Below, in pieces: positions 12,783-23,872 of a stretch of 51,685 nucleotides of DNA (the stretch's first letter is position 1; each line of letters opens with the position of its first letter). The translations under genes were made by a program, and so were the position numbers. The notes beneath the pieces were generated by a model, which saw nothing but the letters and a program-made list of their open reading frames with translations, did not search any database and was not told the DNA's origin. The DNA comes from Hemiscyllium ocellatum (lineage: Eukaryota), in NCBI RefSeq assembly GCF_020745735.1, contig NW_026867443.1, positions 310,001 to 361,685 on the forward strand, in the 5' to 3' direction.

Positions 12783-13120
12783 TGAGAGACATGAGTATGA
12801 TTAAAAACAGAATGACAGAGAGGGAGGGAGTACGATTGTAGATTTGGGAATACAGAGAGGGAGGGAGTGAGACAGAGGGAGGTATGGAGAGGAGAGATAA
12901 CAGAGGATCGAAATTGAAGCGAGAGAGGGAAGGAGTTATGGAGACAGTGAGAGATGGAAAAATAAAGATTATGAGATGGAGTGAGAAAGCATAAGTGAAT
13001 TGGGGAGAGTGGCTATGAGACAGAGTGAGAGAGAGCGAGAACATGAAAGAGATTAATAGTAGGAGAGAGAGGGATAGAGAGAAAGAAGTGGCAGATGTGA
13101 GACAGAGAGAGAGAGGTGGA
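12660..13120. repeat. (GT)n/(GA)n microsatellite and GA-rich low-complexity tract
   Basis: Pure AG run at about 12747-12779 inside a purine-rich stretch. Confidence 0.85.
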
Positions 13121-13124
13121 TAGG

Positions 13125-14035
13125 TCCTGGTCACCACATTCTGAGAAGGATGTGATTGTACTTGAGAGGGTGCAGAGATTTACCAAGATGCTGCCTGGGA
13201 TGGAGGGTCAGCTGTGGGGAAATCTTGGAAAGGTTGGGATTGTTTCCTTGGAGCAGTGAAGGCTGAGAGGGGACATGATAGAGGGGGATAAGATTATTTG
13301 GGGCAGTGATACTGTGGGTAAGAAGGCACTTTATATATCAGTAAAGGACTCAATAACCTGTGTCCCAGGTAACACAGACATGGACACATAGAAACTCGGA
13401 ACTGGAGTAGGCCTTTTGGCCCTTTGAGTCTGCTCTGTCATTCAGTATGATCATGGCTGATCCTCTCTCTCAAAACCATATTCCTGCTTTCTCCCTATTC
13501 CCTTCATGCTGTTAAAATGCAAAACAATTATCTCTCTCTTTTTCTTGAATTTATTCAGTTCCTTGGGTTCCACAGTTGTCCTACCCTTTGAGTGAAGAAA
13601 TGTTTCCTCATCTCAGTCCAAAATGGTCTACCCTGTATCCCCCTGAGACTGGGTCCCCTGATTCCAGACTTCCCAGCCAGGGGAAACCTCCTCCTGTCCA
13701 GCCCTGTTAGAATTTTAAACATCTCAATCAGATTCCCTCTCATCTTTCTAAACTTGAGTGAGTCCAGGCCCAGTCAAATTGGAGTGATAGGAGAATTGAG
13801 GAGAACTGTTTTCACCCAGAGGGTGGTGGGAGTCTGGAACTCACTGCCTGAAAGGCTGGTTGAGTCACAAACTCTCGTGACATTGGAGCAGTGTTTAGAT
13901 ATTCCCTTGTGTTGCTGTAGCCTCCAGGGTGATGGGCCAAGAGCTGGAGGATGGGATTAGTGTCATTAGATCTTTGTTTACTCACATGGACACAATGGGC
14001 CAAATGGCCTCATTCAATGTTGTTCACATCAATGA
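13125..14035. mobile_element. Three short CR1 3' fragments (+, -, +)
   Basis: Repeated RGDLIE/FTQRVV-type motifs on alternating strands. Confidence 0.7.
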
Positions 14036-14121
14036 TTCTCAGAGAGAGAGAGAGAGAGCGAGAGAGGGAGAGAGAGAAGAGGAAGTGTGAGGGGCTGACG
14101 TGGCTCTCTCTGCCTGATGCC

Positions 14122-14171
14122 ATTTACATAGGAACACCCAGTCAGACTCTCACAGGCTGCAGCTTTATAAA
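14122..14171 (+). promoter_or_regulatory. Ig light-chain V promoter: octamer variant and TATA box
   Basis: ATTTACAT at 14122-14129 (1 mismatch to ATTTGCAT) and TTTATAAA at 14164-14171, 61 bp before the leader ATG; the standard IgL promoter layout. Confidence 0.7.
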
Positions 14172-14231
14172 GCAGAGCCCAGTGAAGGGAGAGTTTATCA
14201 GGAACCAGGCACAGGGACAGGAGCACACACC

Positions 14232-14280
14232 ATGATTTCACACATCCAGCTGATCTGGCCCCCGGCATTCTGTGTCGCAG
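14232..14280 (+). pseudogene. IGKV: Ig kappa leader exon (MISHIQLIWPPAFCVA-G) of the pseudo-V
   Basis: ATG at 14232, signal-peptide-like 16 codons plus 1 nt, phase-1 donor G|GTACAA at 14281; intron 14281-14466 ends CCTCAG. Confidence 0.9.
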
Positions 14281-14466
14281 GTACAAATCTCTCTCCTTCC
14301 ACCTTGAATCTTCAGCTGCTCTCCATTCCACTCCAATTCCACTGACTTGTGATTGAAGGGAAAATGCTGAAACCAGAAGAATGCTCTTTGTCTCCAACAA
14401 TCTCTCATTTGACAGGCTCTTTCTGTGACAGTTCTGACTTCACTGTGATTCTCTCTGACCCCTCAG

Positions 14467-14762
14467 TTATCAGTGGGGACATCATCATGACCGAGTCTCC
14501 CCCGGTGCTGTTAATGGGACTGGGCCAGACTGCAACCACCACCTGGATGACCAGTCAAAGCATTAGCAGCTACCTTGCTTGGTACCAGCAGTGAGAAGGT
14601 CTGAAACCCTCTCTCCTTATCTATGATGCAACAAATCGATTCACAGGAGTCTCCGATCGATTCACCGGCAGTGGATCAGGGACCAGTTTCACCCTGACAA
14701 TCAGCAACGTTCAGAATGAAGATGTCGCTGACTATTACTGTCAGCAGTATAGCAGCAGCCTT
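14467..14762 (+). pseudogene. IGKV: Ig kappa-type (shark type III/NS4-like) V exon, pseudogene
   Basis: Reads [100 protein letters not shown] at 14592-14594; TGG at 14544-14546 where the first Cys belongs. Confidence 0.95.
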
Positions 14763-14790
14763 TACAGTGATACAGTGCCATACAAAATCC
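14763..14790 (+). promoter_or_regulatory. V recombination signal sequence, 12-bp spacer, defective heptamer
   Basis: TACAGTG (14763-14769) + 12 nt ATACAGTGCCAT + ACAAAATCC (14782-14790); the essential first C is T. Confidence 0.9.
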
Positions 14791-15234
14791 TCAACACGCA
14801 CAACACCACCTTCTGTACTGACACATCCAACAGTTATATGAAATGTATAATAATGGACAAACAGTCCCATCTCCTGCACTGACACATCCATAGTTATATA
14901 TAAAGTAAATTGAACAAATTACCCCATGCTGGGTTTGTCACTGTCCACTACACACTCCAGTCCCTGTGGTGTCCACCGCTCACTGAAGGCCTCAAGTTTC
15001 CCTCTTACACTCCATGGCCACATGTGAAGAACAGCTGCAAAATTTAACAATGAAAACTAAATTTCACAAACCCCCGAGAGTAGCTGGACACAACCCCGGA
15101 AGACAGAGAAAGATAGGCACATGAATGAGGGAGAGACAGAGAGGGGTAGGGAGTGAATGAGATTGACCAAGAATAGACAGAGACAGAGAGAGACAGGGAG
15201 AGGTTGAGAGTGACAGGGGAAAGCAGAGAGCTGA

Positions 15235-15273
15235 GGTTTTTGTACAGCCTCTGCACTGGGAGCTCTCACTGTG
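15235..15273 (-). promoter_or_regulatory. J recombination signal sequence, 23-bp spacer, perfect consensus
   Basis: + strand GGTTTTTGT (15235-15243) + 23 nt + CACTGTG (15267-15273). V-12/J-23 is the kappa arrangement. Confidence 0.95.
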
Positions 15274-15308
15274 GTACACGTTCGGTAAAGGAACCAAACT
15301 CAAACTGA
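15274..15308 (+). CDS. IGKJ: Ig kappa J segment (YTFGKGTKLKL), unrearranged
   Basis: FGxG motif directly after the RSS; the only in-frame phase-1 donor is A|GCAAGT at 15309. Confidence 0.95.
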
Positions 15309-15759
15309 GCAAGTAAACCTCAATTGTCCGTTATTAACCCTGTCAATACTGAAATACACTTTCTAAAATACAGTTACTGACTTGTTGAAGGTGTTAATGG
15401 GGAGCTGCAGTGAATGAAATGGTTGATTGAGGAGCACTGTGTCGAACAGGGTGTCCAGCTGTACTTCTTTAGTTCCATTGCCCCACTTAAGCAGCAAGAC
15501 AGAAGTCAGTCAGTTTTACTCACTGTGTGGAGGAGCTCTGTCCATTTGCAGCCTGTGGTCCCATTCCTGCAGCATGGAGTGAAATCAGTGAGTAACCTCC
15601 TGCCAGTCTCAGTGTGACAGACACGGGCAGATTTTGATGTGAGCTCTGGCTCCCTGTCTCAGTCTCTGATCTCACTGACCTCAGCAGCAGCAGCACAGTG
15701 AGACACCAAGCTCCCACCTCCCCCAGCTTTAACTCTGCTCAATCACACAATCACAGAAT

Positions 15760-17790
15760 TGTTACAGTGCACAAGGTGGCCATTCCACGCATCCTGTCTG
15801 GACCGTCTCTCTGAATGAGCAATTGACTGAGTGTCATTCTCCTGCCTTCTCCCTGTCACTCTGCACATTGTTCCTTTTCAAATAACAGCCTCATCCCTTC
15901 GGAATGTTTTAATTGAAGCTGCCTCCACCACACACTCAGGCAGTGCATTCCACACCTTAACACTCACTGGCTGAAAATGTTGCTCCCCATCTCACTTTTG
16001 TTACTTTTCCCAATTACTTTCAATCTGTGGTCTCTTGGTCTGAATCCTTTCTTAATTGGGAACATTTTCTCCCTATTTACTCTGTCCAGGCCCTTCCTGA
16101 TTTTGAATTCCTTGAACAAATCTCCTCTCAGCCTTCTCCAAAGAAGACAGTCCCAAATTCTCCAATCAAACTTCATAACTGATGTTCCTCATCCCTGGAA
16201 TGATCTTTGGGAACAATTTTTGCCATCGCTACAAAACATTCACCTCCTTCCAGAATTCTTCACATTATCTATGTCCCTCATGATTTTCCAAACCTCTACA
16301 AGGTCACTCCTCAGAACCTTCCGCTTCAGGGTAAGAAGTCTCAGCTTTTCCAGCCGCTCATAGTCATGGAGTCATACAGTGTGGAAACAGACCTTTCAGT
16401 CCAACTTGTCCATGCTAACCAAATATCCTAAACTGACCTCACCTCATTTGCCAGCATTTGGCTTACATCTCTCGAAACCCAACCTGTTCATGTACCCATC
16501 CCAATGTGTTTTAAATGCTGTAACTGTATCTGCCTCCAACGTTTTCTCTGGCAGCTCAATCCAGACACGCACCACCCTCTGTGTGACAAGTTACCCTTCA
16601 GGTCCCTTTTGAATCTTTTGCCTCTCACCGTAAAATTATGTCCTCTTGTTTTGGAATCCCTTTCCCACGGAAAAGACCTTGGATATACACCCAGTCCATG
16701 ACCATCATGGTTTTATAAACATCTATAACGTCACCCCGAGGCCTTAGATGCTGCAGGGAATATAGCCCCAGTTTCTTCAGCCTTTCCCTGTCGCTCGAAC
16801 CCTCCAAATCCTGGCCACATCCTTGTAAATCTTTTCTGCAGCTTTTTAAGTTTAACAACATCCTTACTATCTCATGATAATAGGATTGTTCACATCATTC
16901 CCAAAGTAGCCTCACCAATCTCCTGTACTGCTGCAACTTGATGTTCCAACTCCTGGACTCAATGCAGTGATGAACAAAAGCAAGCAAACCAAACACCTTC
17001 TTCATCACCCTGTCTACCTGTGACCCCACTTTCAAGGAATAATGTACCTGCATCTTCACCCCTAGGTCTGTTATTCAGCAACACTCCACAGGGCCCTCCC
17101 ATTAACTGTATAACTCCTGCCCTGGTTTGCCTTTCCAAAATGCAACATCTCACATTTATCTAAACTGAACTCCATTTGCCACTCTTCTGCCCATTGCCCC
17201 ATCTGATCAAGGTCCCGCTGTACCCTGAGATAATCTTCTTCACTATCCACTGTCCCACCAATTTTGGTGTCATTTACAAACTTACCATAACTCCTATATT
17301 CCCATCCAAATCATTTCTTTAAATGATGAAAAGCATTTGTGGACTCAGCACCAATCTTTGCGGCACACAGCTGTTCACAGATCTCCACTCTGAAAAGCAA
17401 CCTTTTACCACCACTCTCTGTCTCCAATCTTCAAGCCAATTTTTTGACTCCAATGGCTCGCTCCCCCTGGATCCCATGTGGTCTAGCCTTACTAACCAGT
17501 CTATCATGTGGAACCTTGTCAAACACTTTACTCTGAAGCCCATATTGACAATGTCTACTGTTCTGTCTTCATCAATCCTTTTTGTCAACTCCTGAATCAA
17601 ATTCAGGAGACGTGATTTCCTATGCACAAAGCCACACTGATTATCCAAACGATGTAAATCCTGTCCCACAGAATCCACTCCAACATCTTACCCAGCACTG
17701 ACATCAGGCTCACTGGTCTATCGTTCCCTTGCTTTTCCTTACAGCCTTTCTGAAATAAGGGCATAATCTTAGCCAATCTCTCTGTTTTTC
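15760..17790 (-). mobile_element. Stacked CR1 3' fragments in the J-C intron
   Basis: Reverse-strand RRLRGDLFKEFK, RPRGDVIDVYK, RQRVVVKGCFSEW motifs; tail-like sequence near 16360. Confidence 0.8.
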
Positions 17791-18164
17791 CAGCACCTTA
17801 TCCATGGTTGCCGATGATACATATATCTCAGCAAGGGTCCCAAAAGTCTCTTCCCCAGTTGCCACAATGTTCTGGGATACACCTGATCAGGTCCTAGGGT
17901 TTATCTGTGTTTTAAGATCTTTAGTGTCTCCTCATTTATACGTGTTCTCTTTTCAAGACATCACTGTTTTTCTAAATTCCTTACCTTCCCCACAATATAT
18001 ACTGACCTAAAATATTTGTTCAGGATCTCACCCATCTCTTGTGTCTTACCAAAATACAGCACTCACATTTATCTGAATTAAATTCCATCTGCCATTCCTC
18101 AGCCCACTGGCCCAGTTGGTCAAGATTCCATTGTATTCTTAGACAGCCTTCTTCACTGCCAATG

Positions 18165-18797
18165 ATTAGATTAGATTCTCCACAGTGTGGAAACAGGCCC
18201 TTCGGCCCAACAAGTCCACACCGATCCTCCGAAGAGTAACCCACCCAGACCCATTTCCCTCTCAGTAATGCATCAAACACTATGTTTGATGCATTACTGA
18301 GAGGGAAATCTCAGTCGATTCCCTTGAACTCAGCACCGCCCTCCTAACCTGCAATCTTCTTCCTGACCTCTCTGCCCCCACCCCACTCCGGCCTATCACC
18401 CACACCTTGACCTCCTTCCACCTATCACATCTCCATCGCCCCTCCCCCTAGTCCCTCCTCCCTACCTTTTATCTTAGCCTGCCTGGCACCCTCTCCTCAT
18501 TCCTGATGAAGGGCTCTGGCCCGAAACTTCGAATTTCCTGTTCCTTGGATGCTGCCTGACCTGCTGTGCTTTAACCAGCAACACATTTTCAGCATCAAAC
18601 ACTATGGGCAATTTAGCATGGCCAATTCACCTGACCTGCACATCTGTGGATTGTGGAAGGAAACCAGAGCACCCGGAGGAGAAACACGCAGACACAGGGA
18701 GAATGCGCAAACTCCACACAGACAGTCACCCAAGGTTGGAATCGAACCTGGGGCCCTGGTACTATAAAGCTGCAGTGCTAACCACTGAGCCACCCTG
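18165..18797 (-). mobile_element. HE1/V-SINE-like tRNA-derived SINE, interrupted by a 307-bp insertion
   Basis: Reverse strand: A box TGGCTCAGTGG, B box GGTTCGATTCC, V-domain-like GTGGAGTTTGC..TTCTCCC..GGGTGCTC; insertion at 18285-18591. Confidence 0.9.
18310..18590 (+). mobile_element. Penelope-like 3' terminal fragment with hammerhead-like core
   Basis: Pyrimidine-rich segment then CTGATGAAGGGCTCTGGCCCGAAAC (18503-18527) and GATGCTGCCTGACCTGCTGTGC terminus. Confidence 0.8.
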
Positions 18798-19059
18798 CTG
18801 ACCCCAACCCCTTAGCCACCACTAAGCCACCAATGCCACCTGAAAATTCACCAAAACACACTCTTGCCACTCTGGTCACTATATTCAGAAATTAAAGACC
18901 CCCCCTCCCCCATTTATAACGGCTCTATCATATTTGCAGGTCTCTGTAAATTCCTTGCATTTGTATTCCTCCACATCCTTCCCACTGGGTGGTGACTTAT
19001 TGACTGCTCTGAGGATTCTGTGATCCTTGGTGTTCCTCTCTGATATTCGCCCCTGGCTC

Positions 19060-20160
19060 CCACAGCCCTGCCAAGTTAGTTTAAACTCTCTCTAACAGTA
19101 GTAAACCACCTCACAAAAATCTAAAGCCCTCCCTCATGGATCCTCTTTCCAGCCCAGCAATCACCTGTGTTCACCTCCTGATTCTATTCTCACTTGTGTG
19201 GGGTGCTGCAAATGTGTTGCTGGAAAAGCGCAGCAGGTCAGGCAGCATCCAAGGAGCAGGAGAGTCGACGTTTCGGGCCTGATTCCTTCTTCACTTGCGT
19301 GGGGCACTGGGAATAATCTGGAGATTCCTACTTTTGAGTTCCTGCTACTAATTAGCAGTAGGAACTCAAAAGTAGGAAGCTCCAGATTACTTAAAAGTAG
19401 GAAGCTCCAAAACTTCTGACTGGAGGACCACATCTCTTTTCTCCCTCTGTCACTGGGACCAATGAGGACCACAACTGCTGCCTGTTCCCCCTCTCCCCTC
19501 AGGGTTCTCTGCAGCCGCTCAGTGATATCCTTAACCCTGGCACTAGGGAGACAACACAACATCCTGAATTCCCATCTGCAGCTGCAGAAACATCTATCGA
19601 CTGCCCTCACTCTCCAATCTCCTCTCACTATCACTCTTCCAGTCTTCCTTGTGCCCCCCTGTACAGCTGCCCCCCCGCCCCCCCCCCCCCCCCCCCCGTG
19701 GTGCCAGGGACTTCGTCCTGGCTACACTCCCCAGCTGAACCATCATTCTCATCAGGATTCTGAACTGAATCCTGGTTGGAGAGTGGGATACACTCAGGGG
19801 ATTCCTGTACTAGCTGCCTGGCCCTTTTGGACTGTCTGCTGCTCCCCCATTCCCTCTCTCCCTGCATACTCTGAAGTGGCGGAGTGACCACATCTAGAAA
19901 CGTTTCTCCACGGAGCTCTCAGCCTCACGGACGCTCCACACTGACACCAGCTGCTGGTCCACCTCCAAACCCCGGAGCTCCAACTGCTGTCACTGACCAC
20001 ACTTCCTGTACTCATGGAATTCCAGGAGCTGGGAAACATTCTGAAGTTCTCACATGGATGCACACTCTCTCCACTCTTGGATTATCTCTTTGCAAAGTTG
20101 TGATGACAAACAGCTACATCAGGGCTCAGAGTCCAGTGTTCAGTGGGTTCAGTGTTCCAG
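19060..20160 (-). mobile_element. CR1 5' region (ORF1 esterase-like), rearranged
   Basis: Reverse ORF CCLPSARVKDITERLQRTLRGEGEQAAVVVLIG homologous to 2030-2130; contains a poly-C run at about 19670-19697. Confidence 0.75.
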
Positions 20161-20189
20161 GGTTTTGGAGAAACTCTCCAGAAAACTTT

Positions 20190-22220
20190 GAGAAATAGGA
20201 GCAGAAATCAGCCATTCAGCCCATGGAATCTGCTCTGCCATTTGACCTTGGCAGATATGCTTCTCACCCCATTCTCCTGCCTGCTCCACAGGAACTTTCC
20301 ATCCCCTTAACAATCATGAACCTATCTACCTCTATCTTAAATACACTCAGTGACTTGGCCTCCCTGCCCTCTGTAACAATGAGTTCCATAGATCCACCAC
20401 CCTCTGGCTGAAGAAATCCCTCCTCATCTCAGCTCGGAAGGGTCGGCCCTTCATTCTGAGGCTGTGCTGCGGTTACCTCGTCTCTCCTGTATTTGGAAAC
20501 ATCTTCTCCCCATCCACTCTATCCAGGTCTATCTGTATTCTGCAAATTTCAATAAGATCCCTACTCATCCTTCTAAACTCCATTGAGTACAGACACAGAG
20601 TCCTTAACCGTGCCTCATATGACAAGCCCTCCATCCCCAGGATCATTCTTGTAAACCCCTCCAGTGCCAGCACATCGTTTCAAAGAATATGGATCCTAAA
20701 TCTGCTCACAATATTCCAAATTCAGACTGACCAGAGCCTTACACAGCCTCAGCAGTACATCTCTGCTCTTGTATTCTGGCCCTATTGAAATGAGTGCTAA
20801 CATTTCATTAGCCTTCCCAAGCACAAACTGGACCTGCCTGTTAACCTGAAGAGAAACCTGAATGAGGTTTGTGCTTTAGATTTCCAAAGGCTTTCCTCAT
20901 TTAGAAAATACCTCCACACCCTGACTCCATTGATTCCTGAAATATCATCAAAAATGTCTCCACAATCTCCTCGGTGATCTCCTTCAGAACACATTGGTGT
21001 AATTCATCTAGTCTGGGTGAGTTATCCACACTCAGACATTTCAGCTTCCCCAGTACCTCCTCCTTAGTAATGGCCACTGCTCTCACCTCTGTCCCCTGAC
21101 AGTCTTGAAGTTCTGGGACACTGCTGGTGTTTTCCATTGTGCAGACTGATGTAATGTATGTATTCAATTCCTCTGCTTTTTCTTCATTTCCTATTATTCT
21201 TTTTCCAATGTCTATTTCTGTTTCCCTCTTCCTTTTTATATATCTGATGAAATTCTTGCAATATTCTTTTATATTACTGGCTCGCTTTCCCCCACATTTC
21301 ACCTTCTGTACCCTGAATGTTTTTTTTGTTATCCTCTACAGGTTTTTAAAGACTTCCTAATCCTCTGGCCTCCCACTATTTTCCACCACATTGTGTGCTT
21401 TTTCTTTTGCTTTTATGCTGTCCTTGACCTCCCTCATCAGCCATGGTTACATTGTCCTCCCCTTAGTGTGTTTCTTCTTTTTTGGGATAAATTCCTACTC
21501 TGCTTCCTGAATTACCCCCAGAAACTCTGCTGTTTGCTGCCACACCATCTTACCTGCTCAGCTCCCCTTCCAATCAACTCTGACCAGCTCCTTCCTCACG
21601 TCTTTGTCGTTCCCTTTACTCAATTGAAATACTGTTCCATCTGATTGCAGCATCTGCCTCTCAAACTGCAGGGGGAATTCTATCGTATTATGGTCACTTA
21701 TCCAGAGGGACACTTTCATCTTCAGCTCACTGACCAAGTTTGCCTCATTACACATCACTGAATCCAGAACTGCCTGTTCCAAACCGCAAGCTGTTTCAAA
21801 AACCATCTCATAGACATTCCATGAAATCTTTTTGTTGAGACGTGCTATCCAGGCCACTTATCCATTGAAGTCTGCCCTGACCTTTTTTTTATGACTTTTC
21901 TGTCTCCTGATTGATTTCCTTCCCCACACGCTGTTTACTGCTTGGAGACCTGAACTTGCATCAGATTCTTTATTTCTTGGGTTCCTCAACACTCCCCACA
22001 CAGATTCTACACCTTCTGACTGTACAACAAGCTTATTGTGTATATCTTGTGCATTTAAGTAGAACACCCTCAGTCCTACATTGACTGCCCTCCTTCTCAT
22101 CATTGTCCTCTTATCTGCTGTGCTTGACATTTGATTCCTGATTCCTTCCATGCTCTCAGTCCTATTACATCTTCTAGAATCTTAGCTAACCTCTCCTAAG
22201 CCCTCCTCCACTTTAACTAG
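20190..22220 (-). mobile_element. CR1 ORF2 with internal deletions
   Basis: Reverse-strand EAVLDSVMCNE, SDHNTIEF, KAEELNTYITSV, DNSPRLDELH, RRMSRDLIE motifs. Confidence 0.8.
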
Positions 22221-22689
22221 TTTAAATTTCTTGGAAACTCAATTTACCTCGATTTGGAGCATCACTTTGTCTCCCTGACTCGGAATGCTTCGTGAACTTA
22301 GACACAAAATCTTTAAGTTTGATCTATTATTGATTTTCCCTGCACATTTATGGTTCATTTGATGTTCAAAAATTCCATCCCTTCCTTTTATTTACTTGTA
22401 ACAATCAATCCCATCACTAACCAGCAATCCTACCTTCTCCTTTATCTTCTATTTTCTCAGTTTCCATTCAACTGAACCAAATTACTTTCTCTTTGGGTTG
22501 AGTTCAGGCCTATATTTATCATTGAGCCAACATCATTATTGCTCTTTGATGTCATTGCTTCCAGTGGGATCTTGCTGTGCAGAAATTGGCTGCCCCTTTC
22601 CTGAAATTGCAACAGTGACTGGTTTTCAAGCAAAGTGTAACTGTCTTTGGGAGAGCCTGAGGTGCTGAGGGCTTGATTGAAACACAATT

Positions 22690-23440
22690 AGTGTCAGGGA
22701 GATGCACAGCATGGAAACAGACTCTTCGATCTGACTCATCCATGTCAACCACAGTGACATAGAGTCATAGTGTCAGAGAGATGTACAGCACAGAAATAGA
22801 TCCTTCTGTGTAACTCGTCTATGCCGACCAGTTAACCTAAATTAATCTAGTCCCATTTGTCAGTATTTGGCCCATATCCTTCCAAACCCTTCCTATTCAT
22901 ATACTCACCCAAATGCCTTTTAAATGTTATCATACCAGCCTCCACCACTTCCTCTGGCAGCTCATTCCAAAAATGTACCACTCTCTGCAGTAAAACATTA
23001 AGCCTTAGTTCCCGTTTAAATCATTCCCCTGATACTTTCCACCTATGCCCCCTAGTTCTGGACTCCTTCACTCTGACCAAAATATCTTCTCTATTCACTT
23101 GATCAATGTCCCTCATTATGTTAGAAACCTCGATATGGTCACCCCTCAGCCTCCAGCCATCCAGGGAAAATAGCCTCAGCCTATTCAGCCTCTCCCGATC
23201 GCTCCAACCCTCCTACTTGGCACATCCTTGGAAATATTTTCTGAATCATTTCAAGGTTCCCAACATTTTTCCTACAGCAGGGAGGCCAGAATTCCACACA
23301 GTATTCCAAAAGGGGCCAAACTAATGTCCTGTACAGGTGCATCAGCTCCTAACTCCAAAACTCAATGCGTTGCCCAATAAAGGAAATCATGCTAAATGAC
23401 TTTGTCACCCGCTTACCTACCTGCAACTCCACTTTCAAGG
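22690..23440 (-). mobile_element. CR1 3' fragments
   Basis: CTATGACTCT-type tails and CR1 3' UTR on the reverse strand. Confidence 0.75.
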
Positions 23441-23534
23441 AACTAATCTTTTTTGGGTTGAACTGAGAGTCTTTTGGTTGTGCTATTTTAATCACCCTTC
23501 TTGCTTTCACTCGCAACTAAAAATAAGATAAAGG

Positions 23535-23872
23535 AGGTGATGATTTAATGGTACTATTGCTGAGCTGTTCATCCAGAGATCCAGATTAATGTTCTGGGGG
23601 CCAGAGTTAGAATCCTGCTGCAGCAGATGGTGGAATGTGAATTCCATAAAACAATCTACAATTAAGTGTCGAATGATGACCATGAAACAATTATTGATTG
23701 TCAGGAAAAAGCCATCTGATTCCCTGATGTCCTTGAGGGAAGGAAGCTGCCATCCTTACCATGTGACTCCAGACCCACAGCAATGTGGTTGACTCTAAAC
23801 TGCCCTCTGGGTGATGAGGGATGGGCAATAAATGCTGATCCTAGCAGTGACACTCACATCCAAGAAGCAATT
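23535..23872 (+). mobile_element. tRNA-derived SINE with LINE-derived 3' tail
   Basis: Decayed tRNA-like head; tail AGGGATGGGCAATAAATGCTG..CAGTGACAC..CACATCC shared with 34545-34670 and 50030-50110. Confidence 0.65.

Noticed and set aside
15436-15700. Extra CACTGTG/CACAGTG heptamers downstream of J (also near 8743, 14441, 22750)
   Set aside because: No nonamer at 12 or 23 bp spacing.
19670-19697. Long poly-C run, and poly-G runs near 30797-30832, as G-quadruplex elements
   Set aside because: Both lie inside retroelements; homopolymer length is unreliable and no function is supportable.
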